The translations under genes were made by a program, and so were the position numbers. This document shows, piece by piece, positions 54,029-62,850 of a stretch of 64,000 nucleotides of DNA (positions within the stretch are counted from its first letter, which is position 1; each line of letters starts with the position of its first letter). Under the pieces are notes generated by a model. The model did not search any database. It was not told the origin of the DNA and worked only from the letters and a program-made list of their open reading frames with translations. The stretch covers positions 1,142 to 65,141 of the forward strand of contig CASDRL010000011.1 in NCBI GenBank assembly GCA_949283145.1. Direction: 5' to 3'. Source of the DNA: an uncultured Clostridia bacterium. Its GTDB lineage: Bacteria > Bacillota > Clostridia > Christensenellales > CAG-917.

Positions 54029-55465
54029 ATGAAACTGTTTCTCGACGAAGTGACATCCAAAGAGCAGGTGCTTGCGGACATGAACACCATGAACGCTTTC
54101 GGCGGCGGTGACCGTCTCACCGGCACTCCGGGACAGCGCGATTACTGCGCGTGGCTGAGGCGCGAGATCGAGGCGATGGGCATCCCCGTGGAGAGGAAGG
54201 AGTACACTTTCGACCGCTGGAGCGCGAAGGAGTGGTCTCTCACCGTGGACGGCAGCCCCGTGCACGTCTCCTCGCCCTTCCATTACAGCGGTTTGACGGG
54301 AGAGGAGGGCGTGACGGCGAAACTCTGCACCGTCTGCAACAATCCTCTCGATTTTCAGCGCGCACGCGGGAAGATCGCGGTGTGTCACATAAAGAATCTC
54401 TCCCTCATCAGCAGCAAGGTGGCTTTCAACAAGCGCAGGTCGCTGCCCGCCGACCTTGAGGTGGAAAAGAGCTATCGCGGTCCCGTCAGCACTTCCTTTG
54501 TCAAGACATTGATCACCTTTCCCTTTCTCAAAGCGGCAGGGATGAAGGGTATGATCTGCGTGTGGGAGGACATGTCCGACGCGATGGTGGAAGGGCAGTG
54601 CCTCAACTTCATCCTCTCTTATCTCGGGGTGCCCGTGCTGTGGGTGAACGAGACGGAGGGCAGGAAGGTCTTTGCAGCGGCGAAGGCGGGCAAGAGCGCG
54701 ACGCTGCGCCTCACCGGTGAGCTGGAAAAGGGAGCGGTCACCGAGTCCTTCCACGCCATCGTCAAGGGCACGGGCGGCACGAACGAGGCGATCATCGTCA
54801 ACACACACACGGACGGGTGCAACTTCTCGGAAGAGAACGGCGGTGTCGGGATGCTCGCGATGCTGCGCTGGTTCAAGGCGCATCCCCCCAAGCGCACCCT
54901 CATCTTCGCCTTTGTGACGGGGCACTTCCGTCTTCCCGTCTTCCGCGTGGGGGTGATGACCTCCAACCAGGCGACGGGGAGATGGCTCAAAGACAACAAG
55001 GAACTTTGGAACGGCGGGAAATATAAAGCCGTCGCGGGGTGTTCCGTCGAGCACCTCGGCTGCACGGAGTGGAAGGACGTGGACGGCGTTTACAAAAAGA
55101 CGAACGACGTCGACGTCGAGCTCGTCTACACCGGCAACAAGAGCATGGACGCCGTCTATTACGAGGCGGTGAAGGGCAGAGACCGCCTCAGGACGATGAC
55201 ACTGAGGGGGCACAACACCATGCACTTCGGCGAGGGTCAGCCCCTTTCCAAGAAGGGCATCCCGGAGATAGCCCTCGTCACCGCGCCGGACTATCTGTGC
55301 TCGGTGGACTACACGGGCGGCAGCCACATGGACAAGTTCGACATCGACCTGATGTACGAGCAGATCCACACCTTCGTCAGGTGCGTCGAGATCCTGGACG
55401 GCATGACGAAGAAGGAGATCGGCAGGTCTCAGCCCTACACCGTGGGTCTGGGCAGACTGAAATAG
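54029..55465 (+). CDS. Hypothetical protein, possible M28/M20-like metallopeptidase
   Basis: 478 aa. GTPGQRDYCAWLRREIEAMGI, NTHTDG and SEENGG contexts resemble aminopeptidase metal ligands. This is a weak by-eye call. Confidence 0.5.
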   Translation: MKLFLDEVTSKEQVLADMNTMNAFGGGDRLTGTPGQRDYCAWLRREIEAMGIPVERKEYTFDRWSAKEWSLTVDGSPVHVSSPFHYSGLTGEEGVTAKLCTVCNNPLDFQRARGKIAVCHIKNLSLISSKVAFNKRRSLPADLEVEKSYRGPVSTSFVKTLITFPFLKAAGMKGMICVWEDMSDAMVEGQCLNFILSYLGVPVLWVNETEGRKVFAAAKAGKSATLRLTGELEKGAVTESFHAIVKGTGGTNEAIIVNTHTDGCNFSEENGGVGMLAMLRWFKAHPPKRTLIFAFVTGHFRLPVFRVGVMTSNQATGRWLKDNKELWNGGKYKAVAGCSVEHLGCTEWKDVDGVYKKTNDVDVELVYTGNKSMDAVYYEAVKGRDRLRTMTLRGHNTMHFGEGQPLSKKGIPEIALVTAPDYLCSVDYTGGSHMDKFDIDLMYEQIHTFVRCVEILDGMTKKEIGRSQPYTVGLGRLK

Positions 55466-55499
55466 CTTCACCGCGCAAAGACAGCTCGCGCGGGCGGTC

Positions 55500-55528
55500 T
55501 TGACCTTTGCGCGCGAGCGCATTATGAT
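55500..55528 (+). promoter_or_regulatory. Sigma-70-type promoter
   Basis: TTGACC, 17-nt spacer, TATGAT upstream of the 55594 gene. Confidence 0.5.
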
Positions 55529-55593
55529 CGTTTCGTCGGCGCGCGGATGCGCGCACCGTCGCTCTCTCGGGAGGGGAGCGGCAAGGGGGATAT

Positions 55594-57258
55594 ATGAAAA
55601 AGAGACTTTCCTTTTACGGGTTCATGACCCATCACGCCACTCTCGGCGCCGAGGCTGTCCTCGCCGCGTTAGCGCCCATGCTTTACTGGGCTTGCAGAGA
55701 GAGCGGGCACGGCTTCATCGACATCTATTCCTTCAACGGCGCGTCCCACCTCATCCTTTGGCTGATGGTGGCGAACGCCATTGCTGTCGCGGCGCTCGCC
55801 GCGCTCAGGTTCCGCGCGGAGCGTTTTTCGGGAGAGGATGCGCCCAAGGCGTACAACATCGCCTGTTCGGTGACCTTCTTCACCTCGATATTTTTCTTTT
55901 TGGTGGACGCGGTCATTCTCGGCGTAATGGGGGAAGAGTCCACGCCCATCGCGGGCAACGCGCTCGTCGAGGTGCTGCCTTTCGGGCTCGCCTATTGCGC
56001 CGTGGTCTTCTTCGCCCTCTTTTTCCCCGCCGTCAAAGGCAAAAAGATGCGCATCGCCATCGCTTCCGTCGCGATAACGCTCGGGGCGCTCGGGATGCTC
56101 TTTGCGATCTATCCGCCCGTGCATTACGAGATCCTCGCCGCGCCCATGGTCATTGACGACGGCGAGGGCTACTCCGTGGTGTTCGCGACCAGCGCGCCGG
56201 GGACGGGCTATATCGAATATGAATACGAAGGGGAAGAGTACCGCGTCTACGACTCCACGCAGGGCAAGATCAGAGGGGACAGCACCGTCCACCACATCCG
56301 CGTGCCCTACGAGCACCTGAACGGCAATGACTACCGCGTGGGTTCCATGCGCGTCTTCGAGGTGTACGGCTACGGCGGCAGGAACGGGCGCACGGTGACT
56401 TCGGAGACCTACACTTTCACCCCTGTCACGGGGGACACGCAGGACTATCTTTGCATCTCGGACTGGCACATCCGTCTCGACCGCGCCTATGACGCGATAA
56501 GTTACGTCGGCGACTATGACGCCGTCCTGCTCATGGGGGACGCCGCAGCGTCAATAGAGCGCGAGAAGGATGTCGCGGAGTATATCGTCGAGTTCGGCGG
56601 CAAACTCTCCGGCGGCGAGAAGCCCGTGGTCTATCTCAGAGGCAACCACGAGACGAGAGGGAAGTACGCTTCCGAGCTCGCGCGCAGTCTCGGCATGGAA
56701 GAGTTCTATTACGAGATGAGGATGGGGGACTACCGCTTCATCGTGCTGGACAGCGGCGAAGACAAGAACGACGATCACCCCGAGTACGGCTCCCTCGTCG
56801 CGTATGAGCAGTACCGCGAGGAGATGGCGGATTGGCTGGACACTCTCGAGGCGGACGGCAGCAATACCGTCGTGCTGTGCCATTCTCCCTCCGTGGGGCT
56901 CCCGCACGGGAAATACGTTGACGAGCCCGAGGATGAACTCAGGGCGCGCATATTCGCAAAGCTTGAAGAACTCGGCGCCTCCGTGCTCATCTCGGGACAC
57001 TCGCACGAGTGCTATCTCAACCTCAACGACGGCAGCGGGAGCATGCTCGGCGAGCTCTACATCAACCCCGACGGGTATGCCTATGAGGACGATCCTTCCA
57101 CCAACCTGAGCGGCATCCCCGTGTATGTGGACGGCGGCTTCGTGCACTATGAGGATCTGTTCGTCGCAAGCAAGGTCACGCTTTCACCGGACGGCATCGT
57201 CCTCTCCGCCTTCTCGGAGCACGGCGACAAAGTGTTCGGGTACGACCTCGAATGGTGA
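55594..57258 (+). CDS. Polytopic membrane metallophosphoesterase
   Basis: 554 aa with about 6 N-terminal TMs. Metallophosphoesterase motifs ISDWH, LMGDAA, GNHETRG, GHSHE. Confidence 0.7.
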   Translation: MKKRLSFYGFMTHHATLGAEAVLAALAPMLYWACRESGHGFIDIYSFNGASHLILWLMVANAIAVAALAALRFRAERFSGEDAPKAYNIACSVTFFTSIFFFLVDAVILGVMGEESTPIAGNALVEVLPFGLAYCAVVFFALFFPAVKGKKMRIAIASVAITLGALGMLFAIYPPVHYEILAAPMVIDDGEGYSVVFATSAPGTGYIEYEYEGEEYRVYDSTQGKIRGDSTVHHIRVPYEHLNGNDYRVGSMRVFEVYGYGGRNGRTVTSETYTFTPVTGDTQDYLCISDWHIRLDRAYDAISYVGDYDAVLLMGDAAASIEREKDVAEYIVEFGGKLSGGEKPVVYLRGNHETRGKYASELARSLGMEEFYYEMRMGDYRFIVLDSGEDKNDDHPEYGSLVAYEQYREEMADWLDTLEADGSNTVVLCHSPSVGLPHGKYVDEPEDELRARIFAKLEELGASVLISGHSHECYLNLNDGSGSMLGELYINPDGYAYEDDPSTNLSGIPVYVDGGFVHYEDLFVASKVTLSPDGIVLSAFSEHGDKVFGYDLEW

Positions 57259-57363
57259 GCCCTCCGGGAGAAGGAAGGGATGCTACATCGTCCGCACCCT
57301 AAGAAACGGTATCGAACAAACGGTCTGCGGTGGAGAGCAAGGTGACAGCAAACATCCACACAT

Positions 57364-57395
57364 AAAAAACGCACCGCGTTTGCGGTGCGTTTTTT
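57364..57395. terminator. Bidirectional intrinsic terminator
   Basis: acgcaccgc/gcggtgcgt stem with an A6 run before and a T6 run after, between convergent genes. Confidence 0.75.
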
Positions 57396-57427
57396 ATGCG
57401 CATTTTCGCGCAATTTTTTTACGTGAG

Positions 57428-58903
57428 TCATTCCGCGTCCGCTTGCGCCGTCTCTTCCGTGACGGTCGCCTCTGCGGGAGCATCCTCGCTCTCTTCGAGC
57501 TTGCGCGCGATGAGGTCGCGGCGGAGACGGTCGGAGTCCTTCACCACCCAGATGAGCGGGATGATGGCGACGGCGACGACTATGGCGGCGGCAAGGAAGA
57601 GCTCGAAGGGCGGTTTCATCTGTCCGTCGCTGTGCGCGTCGAGTGAGTTGACGCCCACCGCCTGCGCGATGCCGATGCCGAGCGCCATGGGGATGAGCAC
57701 GGTGAAGCACATCCTCACGCCCTGGAACCTGCCCTCCGCGCCCTTGGGGATGTAGTCCTGGAAGGAGGCGGTGAGAGCGCCCGAGATGGAGAGTATGGCG
57801 CCGAGCAGCACGGAGCCGCCCACGATGAGGATGGGCAGATATGCCGTTCTGTCCATGAACTTCATGCAGTAGACCACCACCGCGCCCACGATGAGGATGG
57901 CGAGCAGGGGGAAGTAGAAGTTCTTTCTGCCGAACTTGTCGAAGAACACGCCCAGCACGCCCGTGATGACCGCGCCGACGACGATGATGACGGCGAGAGG
58001 AATGATGTAGTCTTTGATGCCGAGCGTCTTTTCGATGAAGTTGATGAGGTAGGACATGAAGATCTGCTGCGCTATGCCGAGCAGGCATACCGTGCCCAGC
58101 GTGACGTACATCATCTTGTTTTGCTTTATGACGGAGGGACGGAAACCGTAGAAAGTTTCCTTGAAGTAGTTGGGGTTGGAGTTCTTGACGATGTTGGGGG
58201 AGTCCTTCATCATAAAGGCGGAGAGCACGCCGCCCACCATCGGGAAGATGCCCATGATGATGAAGAAGAGTTTGATGAGCAGCCCGTCGCGGTCGGCGAT
58301 GGCGACTTTGATGACCTCGCCCGCATCGTTGGTGACCGTCGCACCGTTGTCGTAGGTGAGCATCCCTATGCCGAACACCAGCACCGTCGCGATGACGGGC
58401 ATGACGGAGAGGATGGTGTTCACCTTGCCGCGGTTGGTCACGTCGGTGACGTCCGCCACCCAGGTGTTGAACGCCGCGTCGTTCGCCGTCGAGCCGAAGA
58501 ACGTCATCACGCAGTCCAGCACGACGAGCGCGGCGATTATCCCCCAGCTGCTGTCGTCGGAGAAATCGATGGGGATGGCGGCGAAGAGCATGATCGTCAC
58601 GCCCCACAACAGATAGCCCACCGTGATGAAGGGTTTGCGCTTGCCCGTCTTGTCGATGAGTCCGCCCGCGAAGATGGTCGTCACCGTCGCGGTGACCGCG
58701 GAGAGTATGACCATGAGCGTCGTGACCGTGAAATACAGCTCTCCGCGTGTGTCGAACAAGTCCTGCCCGAACTTGGCGAAGAACATGTTCTCCACCACCC
58801 ACGCGATCTGTCCTATCAGCCCGAAAACTATCGCGCACGCCCAGATCTTTCTGCCCAGCGGAGCGGCTTTTCCGCTTGCGGCTGCTTGCGTCGTCTTTTC
58901 CAT
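57428..58903 (-). CDS. MFS transporter (paralogue 1)
   Basis: Trimmed to ATG 58903 (GGAGG upstream). About 12 TMs. Shares FGLIGQIAWVVENMFFAKF and DKTGKRKP motifs with the adjacent paralogue. Confidence 0.85.
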   Translation of the reverse strand: MEKTTQAAASGKAAPLGRKIWACAIVFGLIGQIAWVVENMFFAKFGQDLFDTRGELYFTVTTLMVILSAVTATVTTIFAGGLIDKTGKRKPFITVGYLLWGVTIMLFAAIPIDFSDDSSWGIIAALVVLDCVMTFFGSTANDAAFNTWVADVTDVTNRGKVNTILSVMPVIATVLVFGIGMLTYDNGATVTNDAGEVIKVAIADRDGLLIKLFFIIMGIFPMVGGVLSAFMMKDSPNIVKNSNPNYFKETFYGFRPSVIKQNKMMYVTLGTVCLLGIAQQIFMSYLINFIEKTLGIKDYIIPLAVIIVVGAVITGVLGVFFDKFGRKNFYFPLLAILIVGAVVVYCMKFMDRTAYLPILIVGGSVLLGAILSISGALTASFQDYIPKGAEGRFQGVRMCFTVLIPMALGIGIAQAVGVNSLDAHSDGQMKPPFELFLAAAIVVAVAIIPLIWVVKDSDRLRRDLIARKLEESEDAPAEATVTEETAQADAE

Positions 58904-58968
58904 AATTTTACCTCCCGTTACGCGGCAGAGCCTTTTCCGTATCGCCGGTTGTTGTCGTAACACGCAGT

Positions 58969-60393
58969 TTATTCTGCTGTTTGTACATTTTCATCTTCCG
59001 TATCGGCGGTTTGCCGGTTTTGCGCGGCGTCGCGCTCCGCAAGCAGACGCGCACGCGTCCCGGCGTCTTTGCTGCGGACTATGACCGCCGGTATCAGGGT
59101 GAACACCGCCACGATCGCCGCTCCCAGGAACATCTCGTAAGGGTAGTTCAGGATCTCTTCTCCCATGGTCTCGGAGAAGGTGTACCACCCGTAACGGTCG
59201 ATGATGGCGTTGCCTATGGCGGGACCGATGATCATCGGCAGCAGCACGAAGAGGAACATCCTGATGCCCTGGAAGCAGCCCTCTTTCCCCTTCGGGATGT
59301 AGTCGCGGAAGGAGGAGACGAATAGCCCGCTCACCGAAAGCTCCGCCGTCATCGTCACGATGCCCACGGGTATCAGCATGCCGAGCAGAGCCGCCGTGTC
59401 CGACGTGCCGAGGAATTTCAGAAGATATATGCCCAGCGTCCCTATGACGGCTGCCGCCACCAACGGGATGAAGAAGTGTTTCCTTCCGAATTTGTCCATC
59501 AGGAACCCGAGCACCCCCGCCAGCACCGCGGAACACACTATGATGACCGCGAGCGGCATTACATAGTCCTTCATGCCGAGCGTACGCTCCACAAAGTTGA
59601 TGAGATAGGACATGTACACCTGCATGCTCGCGCCCGCGATGCCCGAGCCCGCAAGAGCTATGTAGAGCATCTTGTTCTTCTTGATGACGGAGGGACGGAA
59701 ACCGTAGATGAGTTCCTTGCCGAAGTTCGGGTTGGTGTTTTTGGGGAGTCCGGGCTTGTCTTTCAGGACGAAAAGCCCCACTATGCCGCTCACGATGGGG
59801 ATGGCGCCCAGGATCACGAAGAAGAGCCACCATTGTTCCGTGCCCTTCGCCGTCAGGCTGTCCAGCCCGATGAATACCACCACCATCGCAAACACCGGCA
59901 TCATCGAGAGCACGGTGTCCGTTTTGCCGCGGTTGGTGGTGTCGGTCATGTCCGTGAGCCAGGTGTTGAATGCCGCGTCGTTGGCGGACGACCCCACCCA
60001 CGACATCACGCAGTCCATGATGACGATGCCTGCCACCAGCCCGCCGAGCTGCTCGGGAGAGTAGTCGATGGGAAAGAGCGCGAACACCATGATGGTCAGC
60101 CCCCACAGGATGAACCCCCACGACACGTAGACGGAGCGCTTGCCCGTCTTGTCGCAGATAGCGCCCGTCACCACCGTCGCCGCCGTCGCGAAGATCGCCG
60201 AAAGCGCCACCATAAGTGTGGTCGCCCACGCCTCGTCCACAAACTCGTCCTGCATGAACTTGGCGAAATACATATTTTCGACGATCCAGGCGATCTGCCC
60301 GATGAGCCCGAAAAAGAGAAGGCAGAACCAGACTTTGCCGCCGAGCGGTGTCGTCTTGGTCGCCGTGGAAGAAACGGAATGTTCGCGTGTCAT
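58969..60393 (-). CDS. MFS transporter (paralogue 2)
   Basis: Trimmed to ATG 60393. By eye about half the residues are identical to paralogue 1. Only a 65-nt gap separates the two genes. Confidence 0.85.
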   Translation of the reverse strand: MTREHSVSSTATKTTPLGGKVWFCLLFFGLIGQIAWIVENMYFAKFMQDEFVDEAWATTLMVALSAIFATAATVVTGAICDKTGKRSVYVSWGFILWGLTIMVFALFPIDYSPEQLGGLVAGIVIMDCVMSWVGSSANDAAFNTWLTDMTDTTNRGKTDTVLSMMPVFAMVVVFIGLDSLTAKGTEQWWLFFVILGAIPIVSGIVGLFVLKDKPGLPKNTNPNFGKELIYGFRPSVIKKNKMLYIALAGSGIAGASMQVYMSYLINFVERTLGMKDYVMPLAVIIVCSAVLAGVLGFLMDKFGRKHFFIPLVAAAVIGTLGIYLLKFLGTSDTAALLGMLIPVGIVTMTAELSVSGLFVSSFRDYIPKGKEGCFQGIRMFLFVLLPMIIGPAIGNAIIDRYGWYTFSETMGEEILNYPYEMFLGAAIVAVFTLIPAVIVRSKDAGTRARLLAERDAAQNRQTADTEDENVQTAE

Positions 60394-60556
60394 TTTCCCT
60401 CGCTTATCAGATGTCGGAACGAGCGATGCCGACCGACCTCGAGTAATATTTTCCGGCGCTTTTTGCGCCCGGAATTTGCCGATGGCATAGGGGAGTGCAC
60501 GGAAAACCGAAAAACACAAGAGCGGCATTCAGCCGCCCGTTCCCCCCTACAAGCTA

Positions 60557-60585
60557 ATTTTACCCTTGCCTACGCGCACTGTCAA
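60557..60585 (-). promoter_or_regulatory. Sigma-70-type promoter for the MFS pair
   Basis: Minus strand TTGACA (60585-60580), 17-nt spacer, TAAAAT (60562-60557). Leaves an approx 155-nt leader. Confidence 0.5.
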
Positions 60586-60736
60586 TACCGAATGCGCGCG
60601 CGTGAGTGAACAATCCCGCCCGAATGCCGTTTTTCTCGCCCCGTGAAAGCCGTATGTGATCCGCTTGAAATCCCGTCCGCGATCGGTTTGATATACAGAA
60701 TCACGCGCGTTTAAATATTGCTGCAAAGGCAGTAAT

Positions 60737-61975
60737 TCAGATTTTGTCGGCTGCTTTAAGGTCAAGTCTAATCATTGTTCTAAAAGCGCCGCTGTAATTC
60801 AACAAACCACCATTGTCATATACGAACGAAGAAAGAGATGCGTTTCCGTAGGGCAACTTGTACCACCAATAGCATGTGCCGGAAGGACCACTATAAGCCC
60901 CTTGTTCCATTGCGTAATCTGTCGGTAGTGATTCGCGGGTGGGAGTTATATTGAAAGTTGTATCAAACGTTAAATCTGCCGATGTCAGATCTTCTATTAA
61001 AGGAAGTGTTACGTAATCATCGTCTATTTTTTCCATCAACGCTTTTTCAGTCTCGTTGAAGGCAATATTATAGAATTCGTTATTTAGCCAATTTCTGATT
61101 TCGGTTTCTTCCCAATATACCATTTTGGGAATGCTGTGATATTCCCTGCAATCCAGACATTTTTCCGACAAAAGGTAAAGCGTTTTGTCTTCATATTTCA
61201 TAACGCGCCAACTTATTGGCTCCACGCGGAAATATTTGCCGTTTTTGAATTTGTACAGCTCGTCTCCGCGCCGGTAGTAATTTTTGGGCAGCGGGACCAG
61301 ATCCTTTTTCCAAATCGAGAACATTTTTATCTCGGATTGCGGATACTGTCCGAACATTACGGTTCTGATGCCGTTGGAATTTACTGTATGATGCAAAAAT
61401 TCATATCCAACCAGCTCAAGATCTTGGGCATTTTGTTCGGTAGTTATATTCCATTTGCGTAACTTTTCGTATAAAGTAGATATGTGAGACATATCGTTTG
61501 CGTCTGCCGATCTGCCTACAAACGGATAATCATCATCAAATGTCTCACTGATAAGGCGTGTCCGTTTGGAGTTGCGCCTAGCCCGTTCCTCATCATTTAA
61601 TTGAGAAGTTTCGTCAAACAATTCGGTCGTATTTTTGTTGCCGATGTTCACTGAAAAATAACTCTTTAAAGATCCGTCATCGGTTTTCAACAAGGCGATC
61701 TCTTTCTCTATTGATTCGGAAGCAAATACATGCGGAGAAAGATAAAAGACGACGGCAACGCACCTTGGATCACGGATTCTGCGTTCGATTTGAGTATACC
61801 AAAGATCCGATCCGACCTCTAATCCGCGGTCGTACCAAAATTTTACGCCTAATTCAAACAACTTGTTCAAGTCGTTGTAGACGATGTCGGCATCTTTATG
61901 TGAGTAGCTGATAAAAATGTAATGATCTTCGGGAGTGTATTCCTTTCTGTCGATATATAAACTTGGCAATGTCAT
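60737..61975 (-). CDS. TIR domain protein fused to a DUF6273-like C-terminal domain
   Basis: ATG 61975 with AAGGGGG 9 nt upstream (the track start is TTG 61984). N-terminus YIFISYSHKDADIVYNDLNKLFELGVKFWYDRGLEVGSDLW...VVFYLSPHVFASESIEKEI is TIR-like. The C-terminus has FGQYPQ...EPISWRVM...WEETEIRNWLNNEFYNIAF. GC is much lower than in the flanks. Confidence 0.8.
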   Translation of the reverse strand: MTLPSLYIDRKEYTPEDHYIFISYSHKDADIVYNDLNKLFELGVKFWYDRGLEVGSDLWYTQIERRIRDPRCVAVVFYLSPHVFASESIEKEIALLKTDDGSLKSYFSVNIGNKNTTELFDETSQLNDEERARRNSKRTRLISETFDDDYPFVGRSADANDMSHISTLYEKLRKWNITTEQNAQDLELVGYEFLHHTVNSNGIRTVMFGQYPQSEIKMFSIWKKDLVPLPKNYYRRGDELYKFKNGKYFRVEPISWRVMKYEDKTLYLLSEKCLDCREYHSIPKMVYWEETEIRNWLNNEFYNIAFNETEKALMEKIDDDYVTLPLIEDLTSADLTFDTTFNITPTRESLPTDYAMEQGAYSGPSGTCYWWYKLPYGNASLSSFVYDNGGLLNYSGAFRTMIRLDLKAADKI

Positions 61976-62003
61976 AATGAGCAACCCCCTTGTCTTTAAA
62001 AAG

Positions 62004-62032
62004 ATTATATAAAAGTATTAAATTGCTGTCAA
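62004..62032 (-). promoter_or_regulatory. Perfect-consensus sigma-70 promoter of the TIR gene
   Basis: Minus strand TTGACA (62032-62027), exactly 17 nt, TATAAT (62009-62004). Confidence 0.65.
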
Positions 62033-62048
62033 TACCAATCGTTCAAAG

Positions 62049-62316
62049 TGTTGGCGCGGGACGGGACTTGCTCCGCGCTCGCTATGCTAGTGGACGCATA
62101 CGGCTTGGGGATAACATCGTTCTTGCATTATGGTGCGTTGCTCGCGCTATCACGCCGGGGCGGGAAACTTGCCCCGCAAAGTGTCCTCATTTCATTCCGG
62201 CGCTTTGCGGGGACCCCGATCATTATTAAGATACATCACTTCATGAATGTAAGGCTTGATCATATTTCCGCCCGTTCAAGCCCCGTCCCTCGACAAATTA
62301 AATGCTCCGCTATGAC
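62049..62316 (-). repeat. tRNA-Leu 3'-end-like unit A (with 99-nt apical cassette)
   Basis: 62054-62165 equals 62639-62750 except one base (62087 c vs 62672 a). 62265-62316 is identical to 62778-62829. The tRNA-like tail is mutated (ttggcgcggg instead of tggtgcgcggg). Confidence 0.7.
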
Positions 62317-62453
62317 GATAATGTCACGCAAAATTCCCGCGGAGCGAAAATGAGTGAAAGAGCGATAGTTGCGGAGCGGAGCGGAGAAACGAGGAGCGAA
62401 TGAACGGCTTGCATTTTCGTGACGCGAAGAGGAGCCGCAGGCTCATACGCAAA

Positions 62454-62475
62454 CACCCCGCAATTCTGCGGGGTG
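62454..62475 (-). terminator. Hairpin following unit C
   Basis: Minus strand caccccgcagaattgcggggtg followed by tttg. Confidence 0.4.
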
Positions 62476-62501
62476 TTGCTAATGGCGCCTTGCGGCGACG
62501 A

Positions 62502-62598
62502 TGGTGCGCGGGACGAGACTTGTAAGGAGCGAAGCGACGGAATAGCGATCGTTGCATGAAGTGCCGATCGCGTCAGCCACAGGGAGAAAGTCCCGTCT
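62502..62598 (-). repeat. tRNA-Leu 3'-end-like unit C
   Basis: Minus strand ends ...acaagtctcgtcccgcgcacca. Its 5' GACGGGAC can pair with the 3' GUCUCGUC; one pair is a G-U wobble only in the minus-sense RNA. Confidence 0.55.
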
Positions 62599-62607
62599 GC
62601 GAAAAAG

Positions 62608-62635
62608 AAAGTCCCGTGACACTTCACGGGACTTT
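62608..62635 (-). terminator. Intrinsic terminator immediately after unit B
   Basis: Minus strand aaagtcccgtgaagtgtcacgggacttt followed by cttttt. Confidence 0.65.
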
Positions 62636-62814
62636 GGTGCGCGGGACGGGACTTGCTCCGCGCTCGCTATGATAGTGGACGCATACGGCTTGGGGATAAC
62701 ATCGTTCTTGCATTATGGTGCGTTGCTCGCGCTATCACGCCGGGGCGGGACAACAGCCAATCCGTAGGCTGTTGTCTTTTCCGCCCGTTCAAGCCCCGTC
62801 CCTCGACAAATTAA
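62635..62814 (-). repeat. tRNA-Leu 3'-end-like unit B (with 27-nt apical hairpin)
   Basis: Minus strand ends ...gcaagtcccgtcccgcgcacca, identical over the last 21 nt to the tRNA-Leu 3' end. The 5' GGGACGGG can pair with the 3' CCCGTCCC. Confidence 0.7.
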
Positions 62815-62850
62815 ATGCTCCGCTATGACATAGTCGTCATAGCGGAGCAT
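62815..62850 (-). terminator. Intrinsic terminator of tRNA-Leu
   Basis: 15-bp stem atgctccgctatgac/gtcatagcggagcat, followed by tttaattt on the minus strand. Confidence 0.7.

Noticed and set aside
57147-58838. 563-aa and 412-aa alternative-frame ORFs (57147..58838 and 58991..60229, minus strand) inside the MFS genes.
   Set aside because: Their translations are extremely R/H/G-rich. The MFS reading frames give coherent 12-TM proteins with RBS-supported starts.
62690-62735. On the minus strand of units A and B, AAGCCGTATGCG resembles the start of group II intron domain V (GAGCCGUAUGCG...).
   Set aside because: The complementary 3' half of the domain V hairpin (ACGUACGGUUC-like) is absent. There is no intron-encoded reverse transcriptase ORF or other intron domains.
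62048-62767. Small plus-strand ORFs 62048..62353 and 62552..62767 sharing the peptide ARDGTCSALAM(L/I)VDAYGLGITSFLHYGALLALSRRGG.
   Set aside because: The shared peptide simply reflects the near-identical nucleotide repeat. There is no RBS, the starts are inconsistent (TTG vs distant ATG), and the reading frames end at different places. The repeat carries tRNA-like and terminator features on the opposite strand.
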